Assembly (NCBI RefSeq): GCF_000143415.4
Contig: NW_003314283.1
Coordinates: 1,664,330 to 1,728,329 of the forward strand
DNA from: Selaginella moellendorffii
Taxonomy: Eukaryota; Plantae; Lycopodiophyta
Length of the DNA stretch: 64,000 nucleotides
Direction of reading: 5' to 3'
In this document: piece after piece, positions 37,039 through 48,752 of the stretch
How the letters are laid out: the number at the start of each line of letters is the position of its first letter
How positions within the stretch are numbered: position 1 is the stretch's first letter
The notes under the pieces: model-generated
The model's database searches: none
Seen by the model: the letters and a program-made list of their open reading frames with translations, nothing else
What the model was told of the DNA's origin: nothing
Made by a program: the position numbers and the translations under genes

Positions 37039-40000
37039 TTAATGAATCTCACCTTGAACCCGGGTTATGAATGCTCTTGCTGCATCTCTTGCATGGTCAG
37101 GCAAGGTGATGGTGGCACTCTGCTTCCGCATCCAACCATGCACAACATTATCCACCGATATGCTCATGCTGGGATCCCTTGGATTCAACACCCATCTCTT
37201 TTCTAGGCAATCCTTCGTATATCCGGAACTTGGCTTGAACCACTCCACAGTTACATTGAAGGAGTTAGTTTCCGCGTCCTCCTCTGCATCAGTGATGCAG
37301 CGCCCCACCTATATCATTTGTTTTTTATTACTGGGTTTGACAAGCACGACCATTCCTTTGCAGACCTGTACTGGATTGAATGCTGAATCCGGCTTCTTGT
37401 TCCTCGGCCCACAATAGTGATCCTCAACATCGTTATCTGTCACTGCATTTCCAGAGGACATTGTTCTGCTACTATCTGGTGCTCTGGGTTCTGGCCAAAA
37501 GGACTCTTCCAATTCTTCATATACAACCGGCCCATTTTGGATAGCAGATATAATCTTCTCCCAGTATTCGAGCAAAGGCTTGCACCTCTGAAAATAAGAT
37601 TCTCCACCAAACACCAACCCCCTCTTCCAGAAGGCAATATGCTATCTAATCCCGGCCACTATACTTTCTTGGTCTTTGAGTCCATCCGGGTGCATCGGCC
37701 ATGGGGAACCCTGAGGAATCATAGGTTCCCCAGTTATGGGATCTCTCTTGAAGAGTTCAATGCCGTCCACTGGCAGCCACACTGTGTCCCATTCTCTCAT
37801 CTTGTACCTCATCACTGGAGCACCGTCACACATGCTGAAATGAAACTGAAGAGGCTTGGAGTGGCCAATCAGCGTTTCGGATCCGTCCCTGATGTAGCCT
37901 CTTACAAACCCCTTAAAGTCTGGAACCTCTGTCAGAAGTGCAACTTCAACAGTGCCTTTGATGCAATTTTGAAATTCATCGTAGAGTTGTGGGAGGGTGA
38001 GGACATTGGATCGCCGGAGGGACTCTGCCAGGTGACTGAACATGGCATCGACGTCTTCATGAGTGTGCCCAACCATGAGAAAGCCAAGTGTAACCGTTTC
38101 AAATATGCCTTTGGCAACAAGCATCGCCAAGTACGCGAAGACGTACATGTTTTTGTTCTCACTGCTAGCATTGTCTGTTTGGAGCAGAAGATGGGGTGGA
38201 AGGCCACATTGGCCGCAAGAACTTCCTTGAGATTCTGCTTCGTTTGGATGAGGCTGTGCATTCACCGGGCGACCAGCCTCGTCGGAATGGCATGAGGCCT
38301 CACGTGATAACCCTACAATCTGACGGCCAACATATTCACTGGGATGGCATGGGGCCCCACGCGATACTGCAAGCCTTTGCTCCTCCTCCAACTGAACCCT
38401 GTATGGGGTTCGATCGACAAGGGCCTTATGCAAGGGTTGGCCGTTCAGCTCAGTCTGCGCACTTTGCAGAGACCTTAAGTGTTTTGCTAGGGACGCAATC
38501 ATCATGTTTGCACCCCCGCCACCCCATAGAGGTACAAAAAAGTTCCCATAGTTCTGGGCACCATGCCCATGAACGATTATGCCAAACAGAGACACAGGCA
38601 GCTGCATGGATGAAGAGATTGCCTTGGGGGCAGGATTGAGTCGAGGTAAGCATGTCTTTTTCTGGTCCATTTTGTCGTGGATGATGCAGAGGTAAGAGTC
38701 AGGTCTCTCCATGGAGAGAATCCTGTTATGATAATATGCAGTCCTGCAGCTTCTCTGCTCGATGTTGTGGTCGAGCCGCCTTCTAACCAACGTCTCTCGC
38801 TCTTGAGCGCTGCAAGAATTCTTCGACAAAGCCATTTTGATAGCAGTGCACTCGTCACACTTTGAAAAGCTGGAGTACTTTCCTATACTCACATCCCTGA
38901 ACCTGTTGCTCCACAATCTACTAAATCTAGATTGGCTCAGCTTCCTGTAGCCATTACTCTGGAGTTCCCGATTCACATCTTCCAATATGGCCCCCTTGGT
39001 ATACATGGAAGGGAGAACTCGTTGGGTGTCTCGTGTTCCATCTTCCAAGAGGCGGGTTTTATGTGGTTGCTGCTCGCTACATGTCTCGACAAACCTCTTG
39101 AAGATTGCCTCTCCATATACAACATGACCCCTGGTTTTGTGCGTACCGTCGTTCCCATGGACTGCCTGTTGAACCCTTTGTTCCTCGAACTCAGTTTTGA
39201 TTCTGTAGAATGTGGTTCGAGGGACTCCATAAATGATTCTCCATGCCTTCATGCAGACCAAACCCCTCTGGAAGACCATGCCCCCCACCTGATGTTCTGA
39301 AGCATCAACAGATGACCGTAATGCCTCATACACAAAATTGCGAGCTGCCTTCCAGGACAATGTCTTGTATCTTGCTCTCTCCTCTTCAATAGCATCCCAA
39401 TCAGCATGTTGACAGCACCTCCTCTTGCAACAAGCAACTGTCGAGACCATTCGAACCTCCATCGCCATTTTCTGCCTTTTCGGTTCGTTGCTCAGATCCC
39501 TTTGGCTGCGCTTTAGGAAAGTGTACTTTCTTTTCCCATGAAGAGATTTTCTGTCATCAGTTGTAGTGGTGTTTGATTGTGAATCCTTCACATTCTCAAA
39601 CACTAAGTGCCTCAATTTCCACCGCACAATGCTTCCAATAGTCAGACTGTTTTCTTCTGTGTCAACAACCTCTAAAATCGCAACTCCAATATCATCCCAA
39701 CCCAATTCTTGATTAGCAACCGCATCTCTTGGATCGACAACTGTGGCTAAGCCCTCAGCTACCACCTCCCCCTCGGGGTTGTTTAGAAACACTTTTGCCT
39801 GAATCCATGTAGCACGGTTCTTAAGATCCACGGAGGGAACATGCGTCGCACTTGCGCTGTCCCCAACATCTGCTTTCTTCTGAAGATTTTTCAAGGCAAC
39901 AACATTTACCCCGATGACCATCTCTCCTCGTTCAATAGCGACCACATTCCCATCGAAGACAGTCTCTACTGATACAGCAGCATTGCCTTCCCCAAGCCTT

Positions 40001-40065
40001 TGACAGTGTATAACAAAGTTCCGATCCATAGACACAAGATCCTTTTGCAACTCTCTTCCCACCAT
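37039..40065 (-). CDS. Sola-like DDD transposase (~1000 codons in one frame, two in-frame TAG stops; probably inactivated)
   Basis: FSKCDEC..., IIHDKMDQKKTCLP, QTDNASSENKNMYVFAYLAMLV and FLMVGHTHEDVDAMFSH resemble the Sola DN..NKN / GHT...D core. ORFs 37642-40065, 37309-37617 and 37039-37308 share one frame. Confidence 0.82.
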
Positions 40066-40290
40066 TCAAAATGTAAACCTTTTCCCCAACCCTGAAGGCC
40101 ATTCTGAAAGTGCAGAAAAGAAGTTAAGACCATACAAAAAATGATTGGAGAATGGCCTAAATCATAACATACCAAACAACCTCAATAGCATGAGGCCACA
40201 TGCCATTATTCAAACATGCTATTGACACCCACGTGAAATTTCGCATTCACAAAATTGGCATGAGCCCTCATGCCATTAGTGGTACCATTA

Positions 40291-40473
40291 ATGGCATGAG
40301 GCCTCACGCTATCTTTGGCCCCTGCTAGCCTGTTGCTATATTCCTTTTGCCTTGCTGCAACTGTATATATTTTTGTGTGCGTGACTAGTCACCTATACAA
40401 AAATATATACAGTTCAAAAGGAATATGGCAATAGGCTAGCAGGGGCCAAAGATGGCATGAGGCCTCATGCCAT
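40291..40473. repeat. ~180-bp foldback (hairpin) capped at both ends by the 22-bp palindrome
   Basis: atctttggcccctgctagcctgttgctatattcctttt...actgtatatatttttgt pairs with acaaaaatatatacagtt...aaaaggaatatggcaataggctagcaggggccaaagat. Confidence 0.9.
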
Positions 40474-40664
40474 CTTGATATACACACAGCTGCAGGCAAG
40501 TAAAAACATACATGAACAATATGCTAGCCATGAAATTGCAAGGGCCCAAGATGGCATGTGGCCTCATGCCATTTCTAAATGTGGTCCTAAGCCATTCCAT
40601 GGTGAACATACCAGGAAGCACAAGTGCCGAATATCAAGAGGAAGCGGTAGCCACACCAAAGACA

Positions 40665-40860
40665 GTGCCGCTCGCAACACCGCAACTACTCGTAGCACCG
40701 CTCGCAACACCGCAACTGCTCGTAGCGCCGCTCGCACAAACTGCCACTCGCATAAACTGCCGCTCGCAATGGCGCTCGCAATGCCGCAACCGCTCGTAGA
40801 CGCATAAACCACAGCTCACAACGCCGCTTACACAAGCAGCGCTCACTGCGCTCAGCGGAA
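40665..40860. repeat. GC-rich degenerate tandem repeat (~30-bp units, ccgctcgcaacaccgcaact.ctcgtagc)
   Basis: Direct reading of repeated ccgctcgca units. Confidence 0.8.
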
Positions 40861-41169
40861 CCAAGAACACGGCGCACAAAAATGATAGACCTAGGAATGA
40901 GTTCGAGAATTCAAAAATAACACACGCTTGAACGTCACATCAAATCCTCTGACAAACCAGATCTTATGACTCCTCTGACAAATTTCAAACTGAGTAGCTT
41001 CTAGACTTTGCTATCGGAGGTTGAACTTTGTCACATCATGTCCTTGCCTCGATCCAGCTGTGCCATGTCAGTGATTCGAACTTTGCCATGCCATGTCAGC
41101 GATCCGCGCCAAGATTATTCGCCGTGTAAAGGAATAATTATGCTGTGTGTGTACGTCCATTTATGGCAA

Positions 41170-42520
41170 TATAAGGCCACACGCCATTCAAAGAATAATG
41201 CTAGTCGAGCATTTTTTGGTGCATTTTTGGGTTCAAAATTGCATGAGCCCACATACTATAAAGTTTACCTGTACCAAAAATAGAAACAGCTTTATTTACT
41301 TGGGAATTTAAGTGGTTGAGGCATTTTTAAACTTACAAACACATGCCCTACTTACATTCCTTTGGTTGCTTAAAATTCAAAAATATTATAAACCTTTCTT
41401 TTTGCATTTTCAATGTTTTCAATTATGGTTTTTGATTTTCGCAGGACCAGCCTAGTAATCTATTTGCATCCCATCATGTTTATAGCTAGCTTTCGTTTGT
41501 CCCCTTCGCTAGCCTGAGATACATCTGCTCGGCATCTGCCTCTTACAGCATTTGCCCAGAAAGGGCATCTTTCTTCACACAGCATTTGCCACATGTTTAG
41601 GGTTTAGGGTTTAGGGTTTAGCAATTCAGTAGCTTGATAAACATGCAAATACAGAACTTGATGCAAAATCCTTTGATATGTCACAATGCCCCCAGGACCA
41701 TAAACACATTTCAATAGAGAGGGTCCTTTCATTTCATAACTCCTTACGTAGATCTTGGTGAAACCAGAGTTAGTGAAGTTAGTTTCTTGTGATCCCGCAT
41801 CTGATTGTGATGTCCCTTTGCAGTGTCGATGGAAAGGTCAATGCACACCAAACTGTAAAATCTTGGAGCAAAATAACGGTCGGATCTATGGCAAATGCCC
41901 CTGAAACATTGTAAGGCTCGTGTGGTCTCATGTGGTGTCCGATCGAGATGCTTCTTTGCAAGGTCATCAAGAAAGACATTGTATACCATTCTGTAAAATC
42001 TAGTTGCGATCTAACGGTTGGATCTCCAGAAAACTCAAAAAAATCTCGCGCGTGTCAGAATATCCTAGGAATATATTCCTATGTGACCCTGAAAATGGCA
42101 TGCGGCCCCACGCCATTCAAGAGATAACGCCAGATGACGCCGAGAATTTTTTGGTGCATTTTTTGGGTTCAAAATTGCATGAGCCCACACGCTATAAAGT
42201 TTATTTTTGCCAAATAGAGAAAAGTTTATCTGTGTCATGTGAGGTAGTTACAGTCCTTTGTGCTCGGCATCTGCCTCTTGCAGCATTTGCACTGAAAGGG
42301 AATTTTTCTCCATTCAGCATTTGGCCCTGAAAATAGCATGCGCCCACACGCCATTCAAGGAATAACGCCACAGGACGCTTGGATTTTTGGGTTTAAAATG
42401 TTTAGGGTTTTTTGGGTTTTTTCAAAATATTTTGGATCCAACGTTTTTTGGGTTTCTTTGGTTCAAAATTGCATGAGCCCACACGCTATAATATTGATTT
42501 GAGAGAAAAATAGAAACAGA
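41170..42520 (+). repeat. Three copies of a ~110-bp module (palindrome half-site + ttttgggttcaaaattgcatgagcccaca) at ~41170, ~42095 and ~42335-42520
   Basis: ggttcaaaattgcatgagcccaca recurs at ~41230, ~42166 and ~42460. Confidence 0.85.
41596..41621 (+). repeat. Interstitial plant telomere repeat (TTTAGGG)x3.7
   Basis: tttagggtttagggtttagggtttag. Confidence 0.9.
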
Positions 42521-43205
42521 TAGAATTTCTTTATTTAGCTGAACATCTACCATTTTTGGAAATACAAGATGCTTTGGAATATCCAATCATGCATGGTATA
42601 AATATAGTGAGGGTATTAAATGATATCCCAATCATGATCTTTCTTTTGGATTTCGCGTGCATGCAGTCCGAGGAATGATGACGTTGCGAATTTCTTTTGG
42701 ATTTTGCGTGCTTGCATGCGTGCGGCAATCCAGAAATTAATGGTGGCGCCCAAGTCCGAGGAATGATGACGTGGCGGGATTACCAACCGTTGTGACATTT
42801 CGCGCGTGTGAGGTTAGGTTTTGCATTTTGCTTCGTACTCGCGCTCGTGCTCCCACTCGCGATCACGCTCCCACTCGCGATCACGCTCACATTCGTGCTC
42901 ATCTACCTTCTCTACAGGTTTCTCGTGTGCATCGGAATCCACTCGCGCTTGCATCACACTCACGCTCGCATCGCGCTCGTGTGCATCGGCGTCCACTTCA
43001 AGACACACCCAGTTTGTAACTTCGCCGCCAACTCCGCCGCCCACTCCGCCACCCACACGCAGCCCACTTGGCGTCCCGGGAGATTTCAGCGCCACTCTCC
43101 AACTGTTAAGTGGCAGAGTAGCCTTGCTGCTACGATCCGCTGCACACACAGTGCACATTCGCCAGCGAGTCCGGCCTCGATTGTCACGCCTCCATTCGGC
43201 TTCAA

Positions 43206-46200
43206 ATGGTAAGTCTTTTAGGCCAAGTAGAAAATGGCATGAGGCCACATGCCATTCAGTAGCAACATTGGCATGCACCGATTGGGCTCTCGAGTGCAGT
43301 CCGGTTACAGATGGCGTGTAGCCTCACGCCATCTTAGGATGCAGCCTCAAGACATCTGATGCAGTGGTGAATGGCGTGTGGCCTCACGTTATTTCCAGCT
43401 GCTAGCTTTTCATCTGTCAGCTCTAATTGTTATGCATTTCTAAACAGGCGAGGAATTGCGTTCTTCTTCCAGCCACTGTCAATGTGGATGCAGAGAAGGG
43501 GGAGGAGCTCACCAGTTGGACTTTCGGGATGGAAGGCGAGGATCTGAGGCTGTACAACACAGATGGTGGGAGAAAAGAATGCATGGGGATCCTCATCCAA
43601 GTGACAGACACTCCATGCAGTTCCATGCAAGAATATGGACTGGCACTTGTGGTAGAGACAGCGTCCGCCTTCAAGATCCACCTTGCACATCCTAGCGGCT
43701 TCCTGGAGGGGGGCAGCGGCTATGAGGAATTCCTAGAGGGAGCTAGGGAGAGGTTGTCCAAGAGGCCCACAATTTCAAAGACGCTGCGGGTCTATGAAGA
43801 TCACATGGAATCCACGGACCTCACCTACGGCGATGTTCAAAAACTATATTCCAACATTGAGCCGTTGAGAGTGCCTCCAGTTCGCGAAGCGAAGGGGAAG
43901 GGGGTCGATCTGAAAACTACCCCGAAGCAGAAAAGGGTGGTCAAGCTCAAGCCGACGTCCGACTCTCTTGCTCCAAAAAAGAAGCTACTCGGTGATGCCA
44001 TTGCCTCGGGTTCGAACACTACACCCACCAAAAAGAAGAGCCGCAAAGAGTAGAAAGAGCAAGAAGAGGCAGCAAAAATCGTCGCTGATAATAGTACTTG
44101 TTACTATTCCAACAAAGTATATACAATCGATGTGAGCCGTATCGACATCCAAAGCAAATACAACCATAGGCTAGTATCTGATGAGTGGGTGGAGAAACTG
44201 AAGCAAAAGATGCTGGCAAGTCCAGTAACACCCGACATCGCAGACGTGATCCCCTACTACCGAACAATGAAGGGCGAGACGAGGTTTCCAGACTTGATCA
44301 ATAGGAAGGTGTTGGACAATCAGAACATCTTGTTCTATGCCGTCTCCGGGCAGCATTCTAGCTTGGCGATGCAAGAGATAGTTGTGGATATTATGGTGGG
44401 CGAGGAAGTGAAGAAAGTCTTCAAGACAAGAGTTGTCTGCCTGATAAAAGGCAACTCGCCCCTCCGATCTATCATATCCATCTCCCACGCGCAGAATGTC
44501 AAGCAAGAAACGTGCTACAAATCGGGTCTGCACGAGACATTGGCACGAACACGGAAGCTCTGGGTTCAACTGAAGAAGCCACAAAAACCAGGACAAGGAC
44601 GTGCACTAGCAACTAGCGCCTGGCAGGTAAGCCTCGTTGCATGTGGCATAGCATGTGGCCTCACGCCATTTCCATTGCAGGAATTCTCGAGTCTTCTCTC
44701 GAAAACACTAGGGGTCAATGACACACTCAGCATCCATAACATTCTACTCGCGACAAAAGTTGTTTTTGACAAATGGGTAGATGTGTTGAGGAGGTACCAT
44801 GACGGGGAGTTGCTAAACTCAATGGGTGTGGAGGACGGCCGGAAGCCCAATGATTTGAAGCTCAATGCCTTGCGTTTCTCGCGGTCTCTAGACGACGACG
44901 ACCTTCTGACAGTGGCTAATGCTCTTCTACGTGGTGAGGTAGTCTTCAACAAGACCAAAATGACTCCCGGCCATATTATGACATACGAGGACTTGTGCAC
45001 GACTCTGAGAGCTCGTGCGCTATTGAAGGATTGGATCTTCGAGCAAGTGGCCGTGGAGAGGGTAAGCATCGACACCATGCAAGAGATGATGAAAGAGCTG
45101 GAGTTGTCAAATGAAGACATCGACGACTACGTGAAGGGGGCCCCCAAGTTCATCGATCTGCTGCAGGATGCCACGAAAAGTAAAGCTGAGAAGTTGGATC
45201 AGTATCCAAATTTCATTAAGACGGATGTCGACCACCGGCTTCAGAAATAGCTCGACCCCGCAGCAGAGGCCTATCGAGAACCTTACCGGGTATACGTGAA
45301 TTCGGATGAGGATCAAAGGTGGAGGAGCATCGTTTCCCGCGGAGATGAGCAGGTCAAGAACATCTTTTGTGTGATGGACTTCACAAACGAGGAGATCACT
45401 TATGCAAACGAAGTCAGCTCCATCATTGACTTAATGGTGGGACTTGCGGAGGTGGAATCTTCAGTCCACTATATGATCTACGACTCCGAATCCTATCACA
45501 AGTTCTGGAAGGCCTTGAATGAGGTGAAGGCTCGGTTGAAAGGCAAGGAGATGCAGGAGATCCATGGGATAATGGCTAAGAAGAAGATACCGATGAATGT
45601 CCGCATCTTCACACTCGCCCTTGTTATTGGTCCTGCAGCAGAGTGGGACTAGAGTGACTTCCCAGCTTCGTTCGACAAGGCCGATCGAATTGATCTAAGG
45701 GAGGTCAATTTACCCGTGCCTGAGGAACTGAAGACGGCTATGGAGCTTTCGAATCCAGAGAAAGCTCCAGGTGCAACATGGGAAATGCTCAGCTGGGTCT
45801 TCAACGCAATAGCACCTGCTTCCGACTCCAAGGGCAAATGCGTTGTCGAGTACAACTGCGGCGGACTATTCTTTCGAGCCGCACTACTCAAGGGTGTCCC
45901 GTGTGTTGCGGTGACAAACTCCATTGAAGAGATGACTTCAATGAAGCATATAATTACAGTTGCCAAAGAAAAACAGTATCTTCTTTGCGAACCTGGTGAG
46001 TACGCACTTTAAGTTTAAATGTTATCTCACAAGCTCTGTATGCAGGAGCGTGGCCACCCCTAGATGCTGAAACGGCGTTAATAGCTACTGTTGGGCCGAG
46101 CTCACAACCTGCACAAGGTAAGGTCACGTGAGGCCTCACGCCATTTTGATTATAGATCGTTGTGAATATTCAGACACGAGGACTGAAAAGCGCACTGGTA

Positions 46201-48752
46201 GCGCGTCGAAGAAGGACAAAAAGACAAGCAATAGGAAAAAAGGAGGTACAAATTATATTTGCAATGGCGTGTGGTCTCATGCCATTCCTTACAGGAGACA
46301 CTTCTTCAAAGGCAAAACAGGCAAGCACCAGCCAAGCTCAAACTGACAGTGGTCATAAAAAGCGAAAGCACGTTGGACAGTCGTCGGGATCAGAGGCGTT
46401 TGATTCGAAAAGGAAGAAGGGCAACGAAAAGATGATAGGTAATGCCTCGCGGTCAACACCTCCTGACTCAGATTCCTATGGCGGACTCCCCTTCCTCAAT
46501 CTCAATGGAGAGGTACAATGGATGAGGGATGCTTTTCAAGTCAGGGCCACGTTTTTCTCATCTCGTCGTCTTCGAAGGGTGCAAGAACGTGCAGAAACCA
46601 TGTTAAGACAGTCAGGTGAGGATACGGTCCTAGGTCACACACTAAAACAGGCTATGGATGTCTTGTATTTTCAGATGGAGACTCGGCCAGATGATTTTCC
46701 CAAGATGGTCCTGGAAGAACAAGCCATCCAGCCTGAGCAGCCTATGGAAGAAATGCAGGAGGGGGATGAGGAGCCAGAGAAAGATAATGAGCAGGAAGAG
46801 CAGAAGGACAAAGAGGAGGACAAAGAAGAGGAGGACGAAGAAGAGGAGGACGAAGAGGACCTGGATGGTCCTCACAATGGTGACGATCACAATAACGACG
46901 ACGACGATGATGACGACGATGGCCAGCCTGAGGTGGCCAAAGAGCAGCGGAGGAAGGTCATACAAGACAAACCATCAGATAAATAATAGTACATCCATTC
47001 CTAACCTTTTACCATTTCTAACATTGTCCATGTAGGTCGCAAAGCAAATGGTAAGTAGAGATTATTCAGTTGAATTAAGATACAAACTCTAGCCTTTAGT
47101 GTCAAGGAAGGATAGTGCCAAGCAAGGGTCGAAACGTATGTCCAATCCTTCAGAATCAGCAGTGCGCCCAAGTGATATCAGTCCTAGTTCCTCAATAGCA
47201 GTTGATGGTAAATACAGTATAGTCGATTCAATGTGCTAATAAGTTTGTTTTTAGTAGCCAGTAGGGAGGATACCATCTCAATCGAAGGGAGATATTTGGA
47301 CATGCATAGGGATCCGCCAGTGGACTCTACTTGCCTGCAAGAGTCATCAGAGCTGGTGGAGGCTACTATCCATATCAACGCCAAGCAAGCTGACCACGCT
47401 CCACTTGATACTGCCCATACCACTGAGTCAATCTTGTCCACGTATCCAACTGACGGTGACCAGGCGCCATTGGACCCGCATGAGGCCGCCCTAGCTGCCG
47501 AGCCGGTCGTATCCTCATTTCCAACGGACTCAACGTGTGCCCAATCGTCTGACTACGCGCCATTGGAACCTCCCTACACTGCCCCTACTGCCTGTTCGGT
47601 CATGTCCACTTTGCCAACGGAGGCACCAGCTGAAATGGCGTGTGATCACACGCCATCGGAACCACCCCATGCCACTGTTGAGCCAGTTGTACCAGAGTCT
47701 ACAGCTGAAATGGCATGTGCCCACACGCCATCGGATGCGATTGACCCCACATTGCAGAGGAGAGTATTTCCGCCCTTCACGTTTCCTCGACCAAAACCCT
47801 CTGAACGACCATCGGGAGCACCATTCGCTAATATTGTAGATGGTAAAATTGACTTGTACCATTTTTTATGCTGACGCATTTCATTTCAGAGTCACGGCGA
47901 AGGTACTGTATCGTTTTTGATCTGAACGGTGTCCTTTTCTCCCATGAGCATGGCTCGTCCTCGAATGTCACTGCACCCTCCAAAGCCTGCGGTCGCAAGT
48001 TGGTCAAAAGAGACAGATTCACATTAATCACACGGGAGAAACTGCGGGATCTAATAATGACCATGCGACACTTAAAACAGAGGGTCGGGTTCAATTTGCA
48101 ATTGGGAGTTTGGACATCTATGATGCGCCACAATGCATTAACGTTGCTACAGATGATGCACGATCAGACGCGAGTAATATTACCATTTGACTTTCTCCTA
48201 ACGCAAGAGGATTGCTTGACTATGGTCCATGTGAGGGGTAGCAAGCCCATCTTCGTCAAGCCAGAGGCTGTAGTGATGAACCGGACTGCTAGGTCAAGTG
48301 AAATCCTCATCATCGATGACTCACCGATTAAAACTGCAGCGAACACGCACACATATGCAGTGCACCCCATCTCTTGCAGTATGGAAACTAGGGAGAAGAA
48401 ACCGTATGTTCTGGGGGACCTTGCAGAACGGCTTGGAGCGATGGTGATAGAGAACCGGCCAGTCCAGGAGGTGGCTGCAGAAATCAACCAAATGGCAGAT
48501 GGAACGGTATATCAAAAGCCATTTGATCGGACAGACACCAGTCATCATTTATGGCATGTATATTGTCTAGCCAAGCACTATCCGCATCTCCATAATCTGC
48601 TCAACCGGATGGGTTCTTCGACCACTGACCATGAGCGTGGACGTATTAGAGAAGAGATGGCATTACTATTGGGTTTAAATCCTGATAGTGTGGAGAGTGA
48701 TGAAATTCCAAGATTATTGTATAGGCGTTGGAGGCAAAAAATAACAGTCTGA
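43206..48752 (+). CDS. Transposon cargo gene, multi-exon: N-terminal unknown / ParB-like / degenerate DNA-methyltransferase-like / acidic and Pro-rich linker / FCP1(NIF)-like HAD domain; carries in-frame TAG stops
   Basis: ORFs 43427, 44132, 45296 and 45716 share one frame and are separated only by TAG. GT-AG introns (43209-43447, 44627-44680, 45996-46045, 46118-46173, 46246-46294, ~47842-47889) keep phase. Motifs: HRLVSDEWVEKLKQKM..FYAVSGQHSSLAM; EKAP..WEMLSWVF..GKCVVEYNCGG..AALLKGVPCVAV; IVFDLNGVL..GVWTS..LTQEDC..KPIFVK..IIDDSPIK. Confidence 0.7.
47890..48752 (+). CDS. FCP1/NIF-like HAD phosphatase domain (terminal exon of the cargo gene)
   Basis: DLNGVL (HAD motif I variant), VWTS, TQEDC, ILIIDDSPIKT..N. 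Confidence 0.85.

Noticed and set aside
37417-39300. Plus-strand ORFs of 292, 147 and 122 aa
   Set aside because: Antisense shadows of the transposase with no recognisable motifs.
42771-43321. RS-rich and Pro-rich ORFs suggesting an SR protein
   Set aside because: A GC-rich repetitive leader open in most frames; better read as the promoter/5' UTR of the cargo gene.
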